A DNA stretch of 64,000 bases from Gracilinanus agilis (lineage: Eukaryota), in the NCBI RefSeq assembly GCF_016433145.1, contig NC_058135.1, positions 275,260,214 to 275,324,213 of the forward strand, read 5' to 3'. This document shows positions 52,969-64,000 of this stretch, in pieces. The notes beneath the pieces were generated by a model. The model made no database searches and was not told where the DNA came from. It saw only the letters and a list, made by a program, of their open reading frames with translations. The position numbers and the translations under genes are program-made. Position 1 is the stretch's first letter, and the number at the start of each line of letters is the position of its first letter.

Positions 52969-54010
52969 GGGGCAGCTGGGTGGCTCAGTGGATTGAGAGC
53001 CAGGGCTAGAGATGGGAGGTCCTAGGTTTAAATCTGGCCTCAGACACTTCCTACCTGTGAGACCTATAATAAGGAATTTCTGTGACAAGATGGAGGACAC
53101 CTCGAGAGACAGGAATGTAGGTTGAAGACCTTGGAATGTGCCCAGGGTAGCATGAGCCAAAGCCAGAAGACAGTTGGAAGCACCCTATAAATGTCCAGGA
53201 GCAACAGCACACTGGGTCTCTAATGGAGAATTTCTTGGGAGGAGGGTGGATTGAAGGGAGAGTAGGCCTATACCTGCAATCCAACATCCATATCTAGCTG
53301 TCATAAGAAATCAATTACCTGCTAATTAATAGAGCTGAAAGAAACATCATCACAACCAACAAGAAGAATATCATTAACCTTCCCTATCCTTTGGCTTGTG
53401 CCATGGCCAGACTAAGCTAGGAATTGTGAGAAGGAGAAGAGAGCTCCAGCCTATTACCAAACCTATTATCAAATTGATTTCAATTCACCTCTGTTTATTT
53501 AGACCTAACTTAATATTTTCCAAACCCATTATCCTACTTCCTTGTTCTTAACCCCTTGTTTAGTAAGAAATAAATCCTGTTAATAAGTTCAAACCAAAGA
53601 TTGGAGTACCTTTCCTAATTAGTGAAACATCTAAGCTATTAGGAAGGGGAATTTGTTTCATGCAGTCAGAATCTTATCATTATCCAACTAACCTATTAAT
53701 AACAGCCCATATCTACAACAAACCCAACCCCAAGAGCTACAGAAGTTTGCAACACACATACAACTTTTCATTGTTTACTTGCTTAGGCAACTGTTAAAAG
53801 GAGACAGCTTGGCAGACTCAGTCCAGTAGAGTCTGTCAGGCTGAAAGAGGCACATGCCCTTCTATTATCAATAATACAAAGCTCATTGTTTCCCCATTAC
53901 CTTTTTAACAGACCCTTGGCAAGTCACTTTACCCCCATTGCTTAACCCTTATCACAGTTCTGCCTTGGAGCCAATACATAGTATTGACTACAAGATCAAA
54001 GGTAAAGGTA
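52969..54010 (+). mobile_element. tRNA-derived SINE split by an LTR (head 52969-53064, tail 53911-54010)
   Basis: The head GGGGCAGCTGGGTGGCTCAG...CTGTGAGACC rejoins GACCCTTGGCAAGTCAC. Confidence 0.85.
53065..53910 (+). mobile_element. ERV solo LTR (846 bp), same family as 24588-25526
   Basis: TATAAT (decayed TG)...TTTAACA; 4-bp TSD GACC; shared blocks such as CATCCATATCT, AAACCCAACCCCAAG and CTGTTAAAAGG. Confidence 0.8.
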
Positions 54011-55022
54011 TATAGATATGTAGATATATAGATATATAGATATATAGATAGATAGAAAATCCCTTTCTAATTTACCTTTATTGTCTGTATCCTTTAAAAT
54101 ATACTTCCAATCTCCAAGTACAGTATATGAAGCATACATATGAAGCTATCTTATCTAATTGTAGCCAAATTGTGCTATCATAATTGCAAACAAGCATGTT
54201 GAATTTAAGTTATTGTTGATTTCTCACATTTTCACCATCAAGCTATTATTTTAACCTATATGGCATTTCTGACTCTTCTCTGGAAAGACAATATTTATTT
54301 TAATTTACCTTAAATTTTTTATTAAAAACAGATACATTTTGCTTTGACGTGAACTTTATTCTCAATTAATACTTTCTCTCTAATGTCCCCAGAAAGCCAT
54401 TCCTTTACCTAAGAAGAAGAGAGACAGATACACAGAGAGAACAATAATCACAACAAAAGTTACACTATTAAAACCCAATACTATACAAATTAAATGTGAT
54501 AAGACAATATTCCACAGTCATAATCCATAACCTCTGCAATGACAGAAAGAAAATGCATTTTCTCAAATCACCTTTTAGATCAAGTTTGGGTGCATAAAAA
54601 TCATCACCATTCCTTCATCCTTCAACTTTGTGCCTGTGTTAACATGATCTTGGCTTATACTTTATTTGCCTTAATAATCTAATATTAACAATTCCCATCC
54701 TCCACAAGTATCTAGTTTTATAAAATATCTAATTTCTGTATTCTTTATACAAATGAAGGACAATTTCTTTGGCCTGAATTGTAATTTTTAAAAAGTTATA
54801 ATACAGAAGAAAGATGGAAGGACAGGTGAAAAAGTTGCATACAAAATATGTGTTCCTCTACCATTTTCCATTTTGTGTAAAAAGTGAAAAGGAAGAGAAA
54901 TTTTTATCATCTAGAAATCAAAAAAAAATTAAGTTCCCGCTATAAAATGCTGCCTGGAAATAGAGCTAAAGTTTTTATATCCCAGTTTAATCTCCAAATC
55001 ACTTAGATAACAGCAACTTATA

Positions 55023-55952
55023 TTAAGAACATATTTTATTTTTCAGTTTTTTCATGGCCCCTTTCACATCTTTGTTTCTTAAACTGTAGATAAGGGGGTT
55101 CAACATGGGAATGACTAGAGTATAAAACAAGGAAGTCATTTTGTCTTGGTCTAATGAATAGGCAGAACTTGGCCTGAAGTACATAAAAAGAACAGTGCCC
55201 TGGAAGATTGTGACAACAGCTAAATGAGAAGTACAGGTAGAAAATGTTTTCCATCTGCCCTCAGTGGAGTGGATTTTCAATACAGAGAGGATTATATAAC
55301 AATAAGACATGAGGATTACTGAAATAGTGACCATTTCAATAAAACCAAAGACAGTGAAGATTACCAACTCATTGACATGGGTATCAGAACAAGAAATTAA
55401 CAAAAGAGGAGGAACATCACAGAAGAAATGATTGATCTCATTGGACTTGCAGAAACTCAGTGTGAAGGTTAAAGTTGTATGTAGCAGGGAATCCATCATC
55501 CCCACCATGTAGACACCAGCAATCAATAAGTAGCAGATGCGGCTAGACATATTTACTGTATAAAGCAAAGGGTTACTTATTGCCATATAGCGATCAAAGG
55601 CCATTACTGCTAACATTAGGCACTCAGAATCTCCAAATGCACAAAAGAAATAGAATTGCAGAGCACAACCAATGAAGGAAATGGATTTGTCCTCAGCAAA
55701 GATGTCCACCAGCATCTTGGGACCAATGGCTGTAGAATAGCAAAGATCACAGAAGGACATGTTGCTGAGGAAAAAATACATGGGTGAATGGAGTTGAGAG
55801 TCTACCTGAATTAATATGATCATCCCAATATTTGTTATAAGAATAACCAAATAAATTATGAGAAAAAGAACAAAGAAGGCCACATTTTTTTCAGGATTTT
55901 TGGTGATTCCCAAGAGGATAAATTCAGTTGGAGTGGAATAATTCTTGTCCAT
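55023..55952 (-). CDS. OR5W2: class II olfactory receptor, OR5W2-like paralog (309 aa, starts MDKNYS)
   Basis: Intact ORF with all canonical OR motifs; 282/309 aa identical to copy A; putative acceptor TCACAG 28 nt upstream of the ATG. Confidence 0.93.
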   Translation of the reverse strand: MDKNYSTPTEFILLGITKNPEKNVAFFVLFLIIYLVILITNIGMIILIQVDSQLHSPMYFFLSNMSFCDLCYSTAIGPKMLVDIFAEDKSISFIGCALQFYFFCAFGDSECLMLAVMAFDRYMAISNPLLYTVNMSSRICYLLIAGVYMVGMMDSLLHTTLTFTLSFCKSNEINHFFCDVPPLLLISCSDTHVNELVIFTVFGFIEMVTISVILMSYCYIILSVLKIHSTEGRWKTFSTCTSHLAVVTIFQGTVLFMYFRPSSAYSLDQDKMTSLFYTLVIPMLNPLIYSLRNKDVKGAMKKLKNKICS

Positions 55953-57337
55953 TATTTCTGCTTTCTTCTTTCTTGTATTTCTGTGAACCAAAAACAGTTA
56001 AGTTGAGTAATAGAATTTTTATTCTTTTATAATGATAATGAATACATCACTTTTGGATTCTTACTCATTTGTGAAGAGACAGATAATTCTTCTCCATTAG
56101 TCACTAATACCAAAGAAAGACATCAAACTTTAACTTATAGAGATGAGATATGTGCAAAACAGAGAGGAAGAAACAAAGATATAAAGATGGATGCCTTACA
56201 CATGTAAAGTGCTTTACAACATTTTTAAAAGATACTTAGTAGTATTTCATACTTTGTGAAAAAAATTTAAAGATGTTAGAAATGAGAGAGAAAAAGAGAG
56301 ATAGAGAAACAGACAGAGACAGAGAGAGAATAAATAACATCCTTGGATATAAGTCTTAGTGAATGGAAAAAAATGATCATACCCTCAAACATAAGATGAA
56401 AGGTGGGATCAGAGGACTTGAGGGAGGAACAAGTAAAATCTTCAAAAAACAACATGAGAGCATAAAAGAGATTATTCATTTTCAGCTATGTGAAAATTAT
56501 CAATAAATCTCAGTATTAGTTCAATTTAACAAGAAATTCTTGAATACTTGATATTTATGTGATCTCAAGAAATGGCTCAGAATGTGCAAAGAACTACCCT
56601 CGGAGTCACAAATCTTCCCTCTGCAACACAGCGTCTATATGACCAGAGTAATCAAAGGAGTGCTTCTGAGACTCAGTTTTCTCATTTATAAAAACATATA
56701 TATATATATATATACATATATACATATATGTATATATGTATATATATATATAAGGTTTGTCAGGGGGATCAAAACAAGTCATGTTAAGCTTTTTGCAAAT
56801 TTTATTAAAGTATGTTACAGTACATTTAATTTAACAAATATTTATAAAATGCCTATAAATGCCTCTATATGAAGAGGCCTTGGATTTTTAGTATATATCA
56901 TTTTGGTCTCAGAGTTAGATAAATCTGGCTTCAAGTTTTACCTTTGATTCATAATGGCTATGTGATCCTGAATCCACTCACAAACTCTAGGCATCTCCAT
57001 TAGATAAAAATGTGAAGAGCCATTTCTGTTCTGCATTTTTATAGGGAGTTACTTCTTTGAAAATTCCCTCTTACCAAGATAAATTCAAAATGGGTAAATG
57101 ATTTAAATATAAAGAGTGAAGTTATAAATCAATTATGTGAACATAGAATAGCATACATTTCAGATCTGTGGGAAAGGAAGGAATTTAAGTCCAAGCAAGA
57201 CATAGAGAACATTGCAAAATGTAAAATGAATGACTTTGAATATATTAAATTAAAAAGGGTTTGTACAAACAAAACCAATGCAACCAAAATCAGAAGGAAA
57301 GCAACAATCTTGGAGAATGTTTTTTTTTTTTAATAAC

Positions 57338-57701
57338 TGTGTTAGTTAAAATCACCTGGGGTTCTATTTGGAAGGATTGAACCTCAATATAGTGTTTGAC
57401 AAACTTCTGTGGACCTGTGGGGGTCCTTAAAACTACATTTCCCGTGGTCCAACGGGTTTCATGGGTTTCCTGTTTTGGATGATGTATTAAAGGTGAGGGA
57501 CTATTTTAAGTAGGGGGTAGTGATTGGAACTTCCTCTCTTTAGTTACCTGAGCTCGAGGAGAGAGGAAGGGAAATGGCTGAGGTGAGGTTGGAATAGGTT
57601 TTTCTTACAGGCATGTGGTCAGTTTATCTCTATCAGCATGGCTTTTATTAAAATACAATTCTCCCTTTTGATCTCGGCCTTCTTCATTTTTAATAATAAC
57701 A
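57338..57701 (+). mobile_element. ERV solo LTR (364 bp)
   Basis: TGTGTT...AATAACA; 4-bp TSD TAAC; ATTAAA near 57648. Confidence 0.85.
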
Positions 57702-58464
57702 TAACAAAACTCTCTGACAAAGGTTTAATTTCCCAAAAATATAAGGTAAAAAAAAATCAAGCCCTTTCCCAATTGACAAATGGTAAAGGGACATTAATAG
57801 GCAATTTTCACAAGATGAAACCAAAACTATGTATAAGCACATGAAAAAAATGTTCTAAATCCCTCCTGATTAGAGAAATACAAATAAAAAACAACTCTGA
57901 GATACCACCTTAAACCTAATTGACTGGCCAATATAGCAACCAAGGAAAGTGATAAATGTTGGAGGGGATGTGGCAAAATCAGGACACTAATACACTGCTG
58001 GTGGAGTTATGAATTGGTCCAACAATTCTGGAGGGCAATTTGGAACTATTCACGAAGGGTTTTAAAGACTGCCTGCCCTTTGATACAGCCATACCACTGC
58101 TGGGTTTGTACCCCCAGATAATAAGGAAAAAGACTTGTACAAAAATATTTATAGGTGCTCTCTTTGTGTTGGCAAAATTTGGAAAATAAGGGAGTGTCCA
58201 TCGATTGAGGAATGACTGAATAAATTGTGGTATATGTTGGTGATGGAATATTATTGTGCTGAGAGGAATAAGGAATTGGGGAATTCCATGTGAACAAGAA
58301 AGACCTCCTGGAATTTATTCAGAGTGAAAGAAGCAGAACCAGGAGAACATTGTACACAGAGATTGATACATTATGACACAATTGAATGTAATAGACTTTT
58401 CTACTAGGGGCATTGCAATGATGCAGGACAATACAGAGGAACTTATGAGAAAGACTACTTTCCA

Positions 58465-58647
58465 GGGGCAGCTGGGTAGCTCAGTGGATTGAGAGTCAGA
58501 CCTAGAGTCAGGAGGTCCTAGGTTCAAATCTGGCCTCATACACTTCCCAGCTGTGACCCTGGGCAAGTCACTTGACCCCCATTGCCCACCCTTACCACTC
58601 TTCCATCTATGAGCCAATAAACAGAAGTTAAGGGTTAAAAAAAAAAA
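58465..58647 (+). mobile_element. tRNA-derived SINE (SINE1_Mdo-like) in L1 3' region
   Basis: Typical head, B box and A tail; imperfect TSD AAGACTACTTTCCA/AAGAACACTATCCA. Confidence 0.9.
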
Positions 58648-59757
58648 GAACACTATCCATATCCAGAAAAAGAAATGCAGAAACAGAAATGCAGAAGATA
58701 AACATATGATTTATGACATGGTTAGATGGGGATATGATAACAATTTTAATGTTAAGGGATCACTCTATTGTAAATATGAATAACATGGAAATAGGTTTTG
58801 AACAATGATACATGTATTACCCAATGGAACTGCTTGTCAGCTTTGGGAGGGGGGAGGAAACAGATTGAGGGAGGACTCAGGAATCATGTAACCATGCTAA
58901 AATATTCTAAATTTAAAAAATCTACTTATCCCCATTAAAACTCTACTAAATTTTCAAGAGACAACAAAAGAAAATTCCCTCTTTATGAAACATAACACTA
59001 GTCTATGAACATGAAAAGGACCACTTCCAAAATTCCTAGTTGCAACTTATTGATTCTTCTTTCTTCGTTTTTCCTGAAAATCATAAATGTTTGTCTGTTT
59101 TCAGATTAGTGTAGAAGAGATCTTACAATAATCCTGACAGACTTTCAATAGTTTTTTAATGATATTTTTTATGGTTTAACATCCTCTCAGTTTTAGAAAT
59201 TTCATCAGACATTTAAAAGAATAAGCTTGTTCATAGGTGTCAATTTTGGTACTTGGGGCTATCCGTGTTTATGAGATATTTTGAAGAATGTGTTGGGAGA
59301 GGAAGTCACAAAGTAAATGTTTTTCAAGAAGATTGTGTCATGTATGTATATGTATGTGTACACAGACACATATATACACACTCTCACATATGTGTTGAGA
59401 CTTAAAAAAGGAATGTGCATGATACAAAAAGAAGAGCCAGAGAAAGAGGAAAAGTAATATTTTGATTTTTTTAAATCTCAGCAGGAAAATGTGACATGTA
59501 ACCCAACTTCATACAAATTTATTATGGCATTGAAGTATGCACTGTTTTATGGAAAACAATAATTTTACACATGAAACATACTTTAAAGTTTATTACTTTC
59601 AAAATAACATAGTTTAAAACATACCTGGTGAAAGAACATCTACATGCCTTGTATAATTAGCTTGAGAAGAAGGAAGCCATTTTAAAAAAATATTTAGTGA
59701 TGTTTGGAACTTATAGGTTGGAAAACTCTGAATTATCTCTACACTATTATGTATACA

Positions 59758-59894
59758 CTTACCTAATTAACCTTAAGGGAAAACTCATTAGTCTTCTCCT
59801 CCTTGAATTATACATTGCCTCAGACTAAGGTGGGAAGTGCAATTGGGGACACATTTAAATTTTTATTCCCAAAGTGTTTCCTCAAATTGGTAGA
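59758..59894 (-). promoter_or_regulatory. candidate promoter and non-coding first exon of OR5W2-like copy B
   Basis: 96% identical to 32185-32321; ends in consensus donor AG|GTAAGT (GT at 59762-59761). Confidence 0.55.
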
Positions 59895-60574
59895 CTATTT
59901 TGAAGGAAATCTCAGTTTATCTATAGTAGAAAGGCATACAGACTGGAAAAAGAAAGATGAAGAAAGGAAATTAGTAAATAAAACCATTTGGCTACATTGT
60001 AGAGAGTTTTAAGGAGACTAAGATTTGATAAGGTGGAAGTAAGAGATTTTAGTAAAGGGTACAAATATTAGTAGATAAAATCTTATCATATTTTGAGGCC
60101 TTCCCACTCTGCTAAAGTCCAAGTATTTTTTGAATGTAGAAATCTCAAAAATGGCACAGAAGATATGAAATTGCTTAACATTAATGTGTGAAACTGTTTT
60201 GGCAAATGGAAAAACTTACAGTGTCTCAATGTTCTTTTCATTTTCTGTACTCAACTAACATAGTGTCAGAAAACCATACCACTTTTTCTTATTGTCCATT
60301 ATTATTTAGCCAGGTAATGTTAACTCTATGGGATTATTTTCTTATCTGAAAATGAGAAGTTAAATAACCTTTCATCTTTCTCTAGTAAAAAATGACCTAA
60401 TTATCTTTACCCATTCAAATGGATACTCCAATCCCCGAGTATATGAAGCATTTATGTGAATCTATCTGATCTGAGTGTAGCCACCTATGCTATTGTTATT
60501 GTAAACACATATACTGAATTTAAGTTATTGTTGATTTCTCACATAAGCTATAATTTTAAACAATACCGAAAGAC

Positions 60575-60770
60575 TTAGCTACTCTGATCAAGAAAATTCC
60601 AAAGAATCCACGATGAAAAATGTTATGTACTTCCAGAGGAAGACTGATGAATTCTGAATGAAGATGCTTTGTATCCTTTTTTTTTGTAACATGGCTAATA
60701 AGGAAATATCTTTTTCATGACTTAAAATATATAGCCAATTTCAAATTGCTCATCTACTAAAAATTAAAAA
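60575..60770 (+). mobile_element. older L1 3' UTR remnant
   Basis: GATGAAAAATG...TTCCAGAG...ACTGATGAATTCTGA...AACATGGCTAAT motifs recalled from marsupial L1 3' ends. Confidence 0.45.
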
Positions 60771-61441
60771 ATAAAACACCTATAATTTGAAAATATTGGA
60801 TGACATTATATATAGAGATACGTGAAGGGAAAAATAGCTTGGCTTATGTAATTGGTAATTAGGATATTATTTTTATCTCAAATGGCAACTTGTGTATTAA
60901 TATTATTTGAAAATTTCTCACAATTTGAAAAAAAATCAATAATATTTTTTCCCTCGAAAAATGTTACTTGAACTATTCTGTCAGAGAAAAGATTCTATGG
61001 ATTGGAAGTCAGGGCTTTTTTTGGTGAGTCTGGACAAGGGCTCATCTATACATTAGTGAATATTGGAGCCAAGAGTCCAATTCAAATATGTTATGACTGA
61101 TATACCATGATGATTTAGAAGTGGAAATAAAAAAAAATAAATGAAACACAGCATATTCTGTGTCATCAGTCAGAAGCATAAAAAGATAAATATAGCATTA
61201 CTACATAATATAAATGAGAAACATATGAAGAGAACTTTATTATAGGGTATAAACATATGCCAAAAAGGCATCAGACAATAGAAAACATATTGATAGAATG
61301 GATGGGAATCAGAATTCTTCAGAGGTGCTCTCTGCTCTGGGCATTCATGGAAATTTGCACTGAACCATTTAGCTGTCAAATTAAGAGATTGTACTAAGTA
61401 GTTTCTGAAGTCCTTAAAGATTTCATAAGGGATATACAAAG

Positions 61442-61442
61442 C

Positions 61443-61510
<68 letters not shown>
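61442..61510. repeat. (CAA)n microsatellite
   Basis: About 22 pure CAA units. Confidence 0.97.
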
Positions 61511-62180
61511 AAGCAAGGCAGACTCTGCTCTCAAGGAGATCACAATCCAGTGAGGCAGATGGCATATAAAATGTTTCAGCTGCCAATAATTAGGAAAATT
61601 CCCATGGTCCTTATGATGCAATGGAACATCTCATGCTAAGGCCTTTTATGCCTTTTATTTAATGTCATTTTAACTGAAAAAATCACTCCATTATCTGATT
61701 CCATTACCTGATACTGAACAATTTGACACTGCCAAGGAATTTAATGGCAAGATTTTTTTAAATCTGGATCTTCCATTGTTGTAGCTATAGCACCTGCTGG
61801 AACAGTTGTCAGAAAATTGCCACAGTTGCTGTTTCTCAGGATGATGTTGGATGATTTCTTCTGCATTCATTGTACAATACACTAGGCAAATTGAGGAAAT
61901 GTAAGAATAATCCATAATCTTGCTTCCTTATGACAACTAAGAAAGACACAGTCATAAAAATGACCTTTCAATTTAAGTAAGAGAAGGCAGATTTATATGC
62001 CAGCATTACCAGATCTGTACTGATCAGTTTATGTAAATTGTTTCTACCATGCTTCTTACTAGTCCCAACTGATACTTATTTTGTTATATTCATGTCCTCA
62101 TATAACTTAAGAAAAACTTGCTATACTCATATATATCAATTAAAATGATACGTTGAAGCCTTACACTGTGCATTTCCTTG

Positions 62181-62797
62181 TGTAATAAAGGGGGGTGGCT
62201 GCACTAGTGAAGTAGAGGATGGAATTAGGCAAGCACTCCCAGGGCTCCAGGCTAGTGTAGGAAGTGGAATATGTTCCAGGGGGCTTGAACCAAGCTGGCT
62301 GTGAGATGGTTGAAACTCTCTTACTACCAACCTAAACTTTAAGCTTAGGGTTCTATGACACTGCCCAGAGAAATGGTAGTATCCTATTGGTTAATAGGTT
62401 GGGTCAAGAAGGAAGAAGGTTGGCATTTCCTGGTCCTAACTGATTATGGAGTTTGTTAGCTGTATCCAATAGAATGTTCAAGCTAGTGATGTTGGTTGGC
62501 CTTTGGTCAAGGTAAGGCAAGTGACTTCAAGACCTTAGCTTAGGAACAAAGGGGTTTACTGGTGATGAGTTGAAATAAGGTAAAGGGGATTGGTAAGAGG
62601 GTGAGGTGAGCTAAAACTTGCAATGACTAATTTCAATAAACTGCTTTAAGTAATGCTGAAGATCTTCTCAAAGGTACCGAAGAAAGGATGCCTTGTGGAC
62701 AAATTTAATTCTGATCGGCTTGGTTGCCGACCCAGGGCTGTGAAGCCCTGGGCCAGATGGTGATGTCTTGAGGATAGTAATAATCTCTTGTTTCCTA
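62181..62797 (+). mobile_element. probable ERV LTR
   Basis: TGTAATAAAG start, GC-richer composition, AATAAA near 62635; 3' end uncertain. Confidence 0.45.
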
Positions 62798-62802
62798 TAA
62801 AG

Positions 62803-62932
62803 CAGGGGTCAGCAACCTTTTTGGCTGTGAGAGCCATAAACACCACATTTTTTAAAATGTAATTTCGTGAGAGCCGTAGAGTGGTCACAGTATGAGCTCC
62901 TCTAACAGTGCATGCTCCTGTAACAGCACCTG
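62803..62932 (+). mobile_element. hAT DNA transposon left end (truncated)
   Basis: CAGGGGTCAGCAACCTTTTTGGC hAT-type terminus; no matching right TIR seen. Confidence 0.55.
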
Positions 62933-63049
62933 GAGCTATACTCTGAAAGACTTAAATTACAGTTAAATTTGCATTATATTTTCATGGCAAAAAGGAAGCT
63001 GGAGTTTATTGAAACAGAGAAAGATATGTTGATTCCAGTGGTATAGAAG

Positions 63050-63440
63050 TCCTTTTCTATCTATATGAAAGTTGGAAAGGTGATGAGTGAGATGTAAGGC
63101 AAAGAGAACAATTAAAAATATACTAAAACAGTCCAAGAAGATACAACATGGGCTTGAGTGGTGACCATATAATTAGAGACAATGGGATAGATGCATATAA
63201 CAAAGATCATTGATTAGATATATAGTTTAAAGATTTTAACATAAATCTGGAGTTGAGAATCTGAATGTTTGAAATGATATTGTTGTACCTCAAAGAAATA
63301 AGGAAGTTGGGCAAATTTATTGGGAAAGAATGAGTTCAATTTTGGACTTAATGGTTTGAAATTTCCAAAGGAACTCAAATTTTGAATGTCAAATATGTAA
63401 TTGGCAATGTTGCACTGAAATTCAAGAGAAAAAGTGATTA
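63050..63440 (-). mobile_element. L2 LINE remnant
   Basis: Degenerate motif ATGAGTTCAATTTTGGAC...GGTTTGAAAT typical of L2. Confidence 0.4.
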
Positions 63441-64000
63441 GGGCTGCATATATGTATATATATACAGTAAATTATCTGAATTAAGACAATCATTTAAATT
63501 ATAATATATGAATAAATATGTGTGTCTTTCCAGTTATTATTAAATAATTATGAGTAATAATAATAGGGGAAATAATGATATCAACTGTAAAATTTATAGT
63601 GGTGAACCCAAAAGTCATAAAAATATTTTGCCCTAAGTTTGTCTTAACACCTCTACAATTTATCTGAAGTGTTTTGGTTGACAGAACATGTGTTGTGCCT
63701 CATTTATCTCATAATTAAAATAAGTAGGTTGAAATAAAGGCACTTTTATTTGACAATTTATGAAACCTCTTCTCTGTGACCAGGACAGCATTATTCTTTG
63801 TAAAAAGAAATAAAAATATAAGTGGAAATGTCATAGAACCTGCTCTCAAAGTGCCTTCATTTATCTCCTTTGGTTTGAGGAAGAAAATTCAATTTAGTTT
63901 TATAATATTTATTAAGTTCTTGATACATCTAATGCACCATGTTATCTGCTGGGGATTTAAAGGAAATAGTGAAAAAATTATCTTTGCCTTTCAGGAAATT

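Larger units (their letters stand above)
57073..58969 (+). mobile_element. 5'-truncated L1 with nested LTR and SINE, absent from the paralogous copy A
   Basis: Perfect 14-bp TSD GAAAATTCCCTCTT (57059-57072, 58970-58983); empty site at about 31187 in copy A. Confidence 0.92.

Noticed and set aside
61170-61621. Poly-Val and poly-Leu ORFs
   Set aside because: Translations of the (CAA)n microsatellite.
1-64000. CRISPR arrays, rRNA genes or prokaryotic operons
   Set aside because: None seen; the window is mammalian repeat-rich DNA.

Overview
AT-rich mammalian genomic DNA, very probably marsupial. The SINE and L1 types look like those of the opossum Monodelphis; this is an inference. The window is part of an olfactory receptor (OR) cluster with four intact single-coding-exon OR genes: two OR10AG1-like (+ strand, 7.5 kb and 20.2 kb) and two recently duplicated OR5W2-like (- strand, 29.2 kb and 55.0 kb, about 91% aa identity). 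The rest is mostly transposable elements: tRNA-derived SINEs, L1, L2/CR1 remnants, hAT elements and many ERV solo LTRs with TG..CA ends and 4-5 bp TSDs. There is one 393-N assembly gap. From 34.5 to 51 kb the elements appear nested: L1 > ERV > near-full-length L1 > SINEs, a solo LTR and a gag element. The most unusual object is a 1,478-bp insertion (43720-45197) with TG..CA ends and an exact 4-bp TSD but no LTRs. It consists of a PBS-like motif, a nearly intact class-I ERV gag with an atypical hydrophobic N-terminus, and a 31-bp U5-like tail. Comparing paralogs also gives candidate OR promoter/first-exon modules and an OR that has lost both cysteines of one ECL2 disulfide. Family names come from recall, not database searches, and boundaries without a TSD are approximate.
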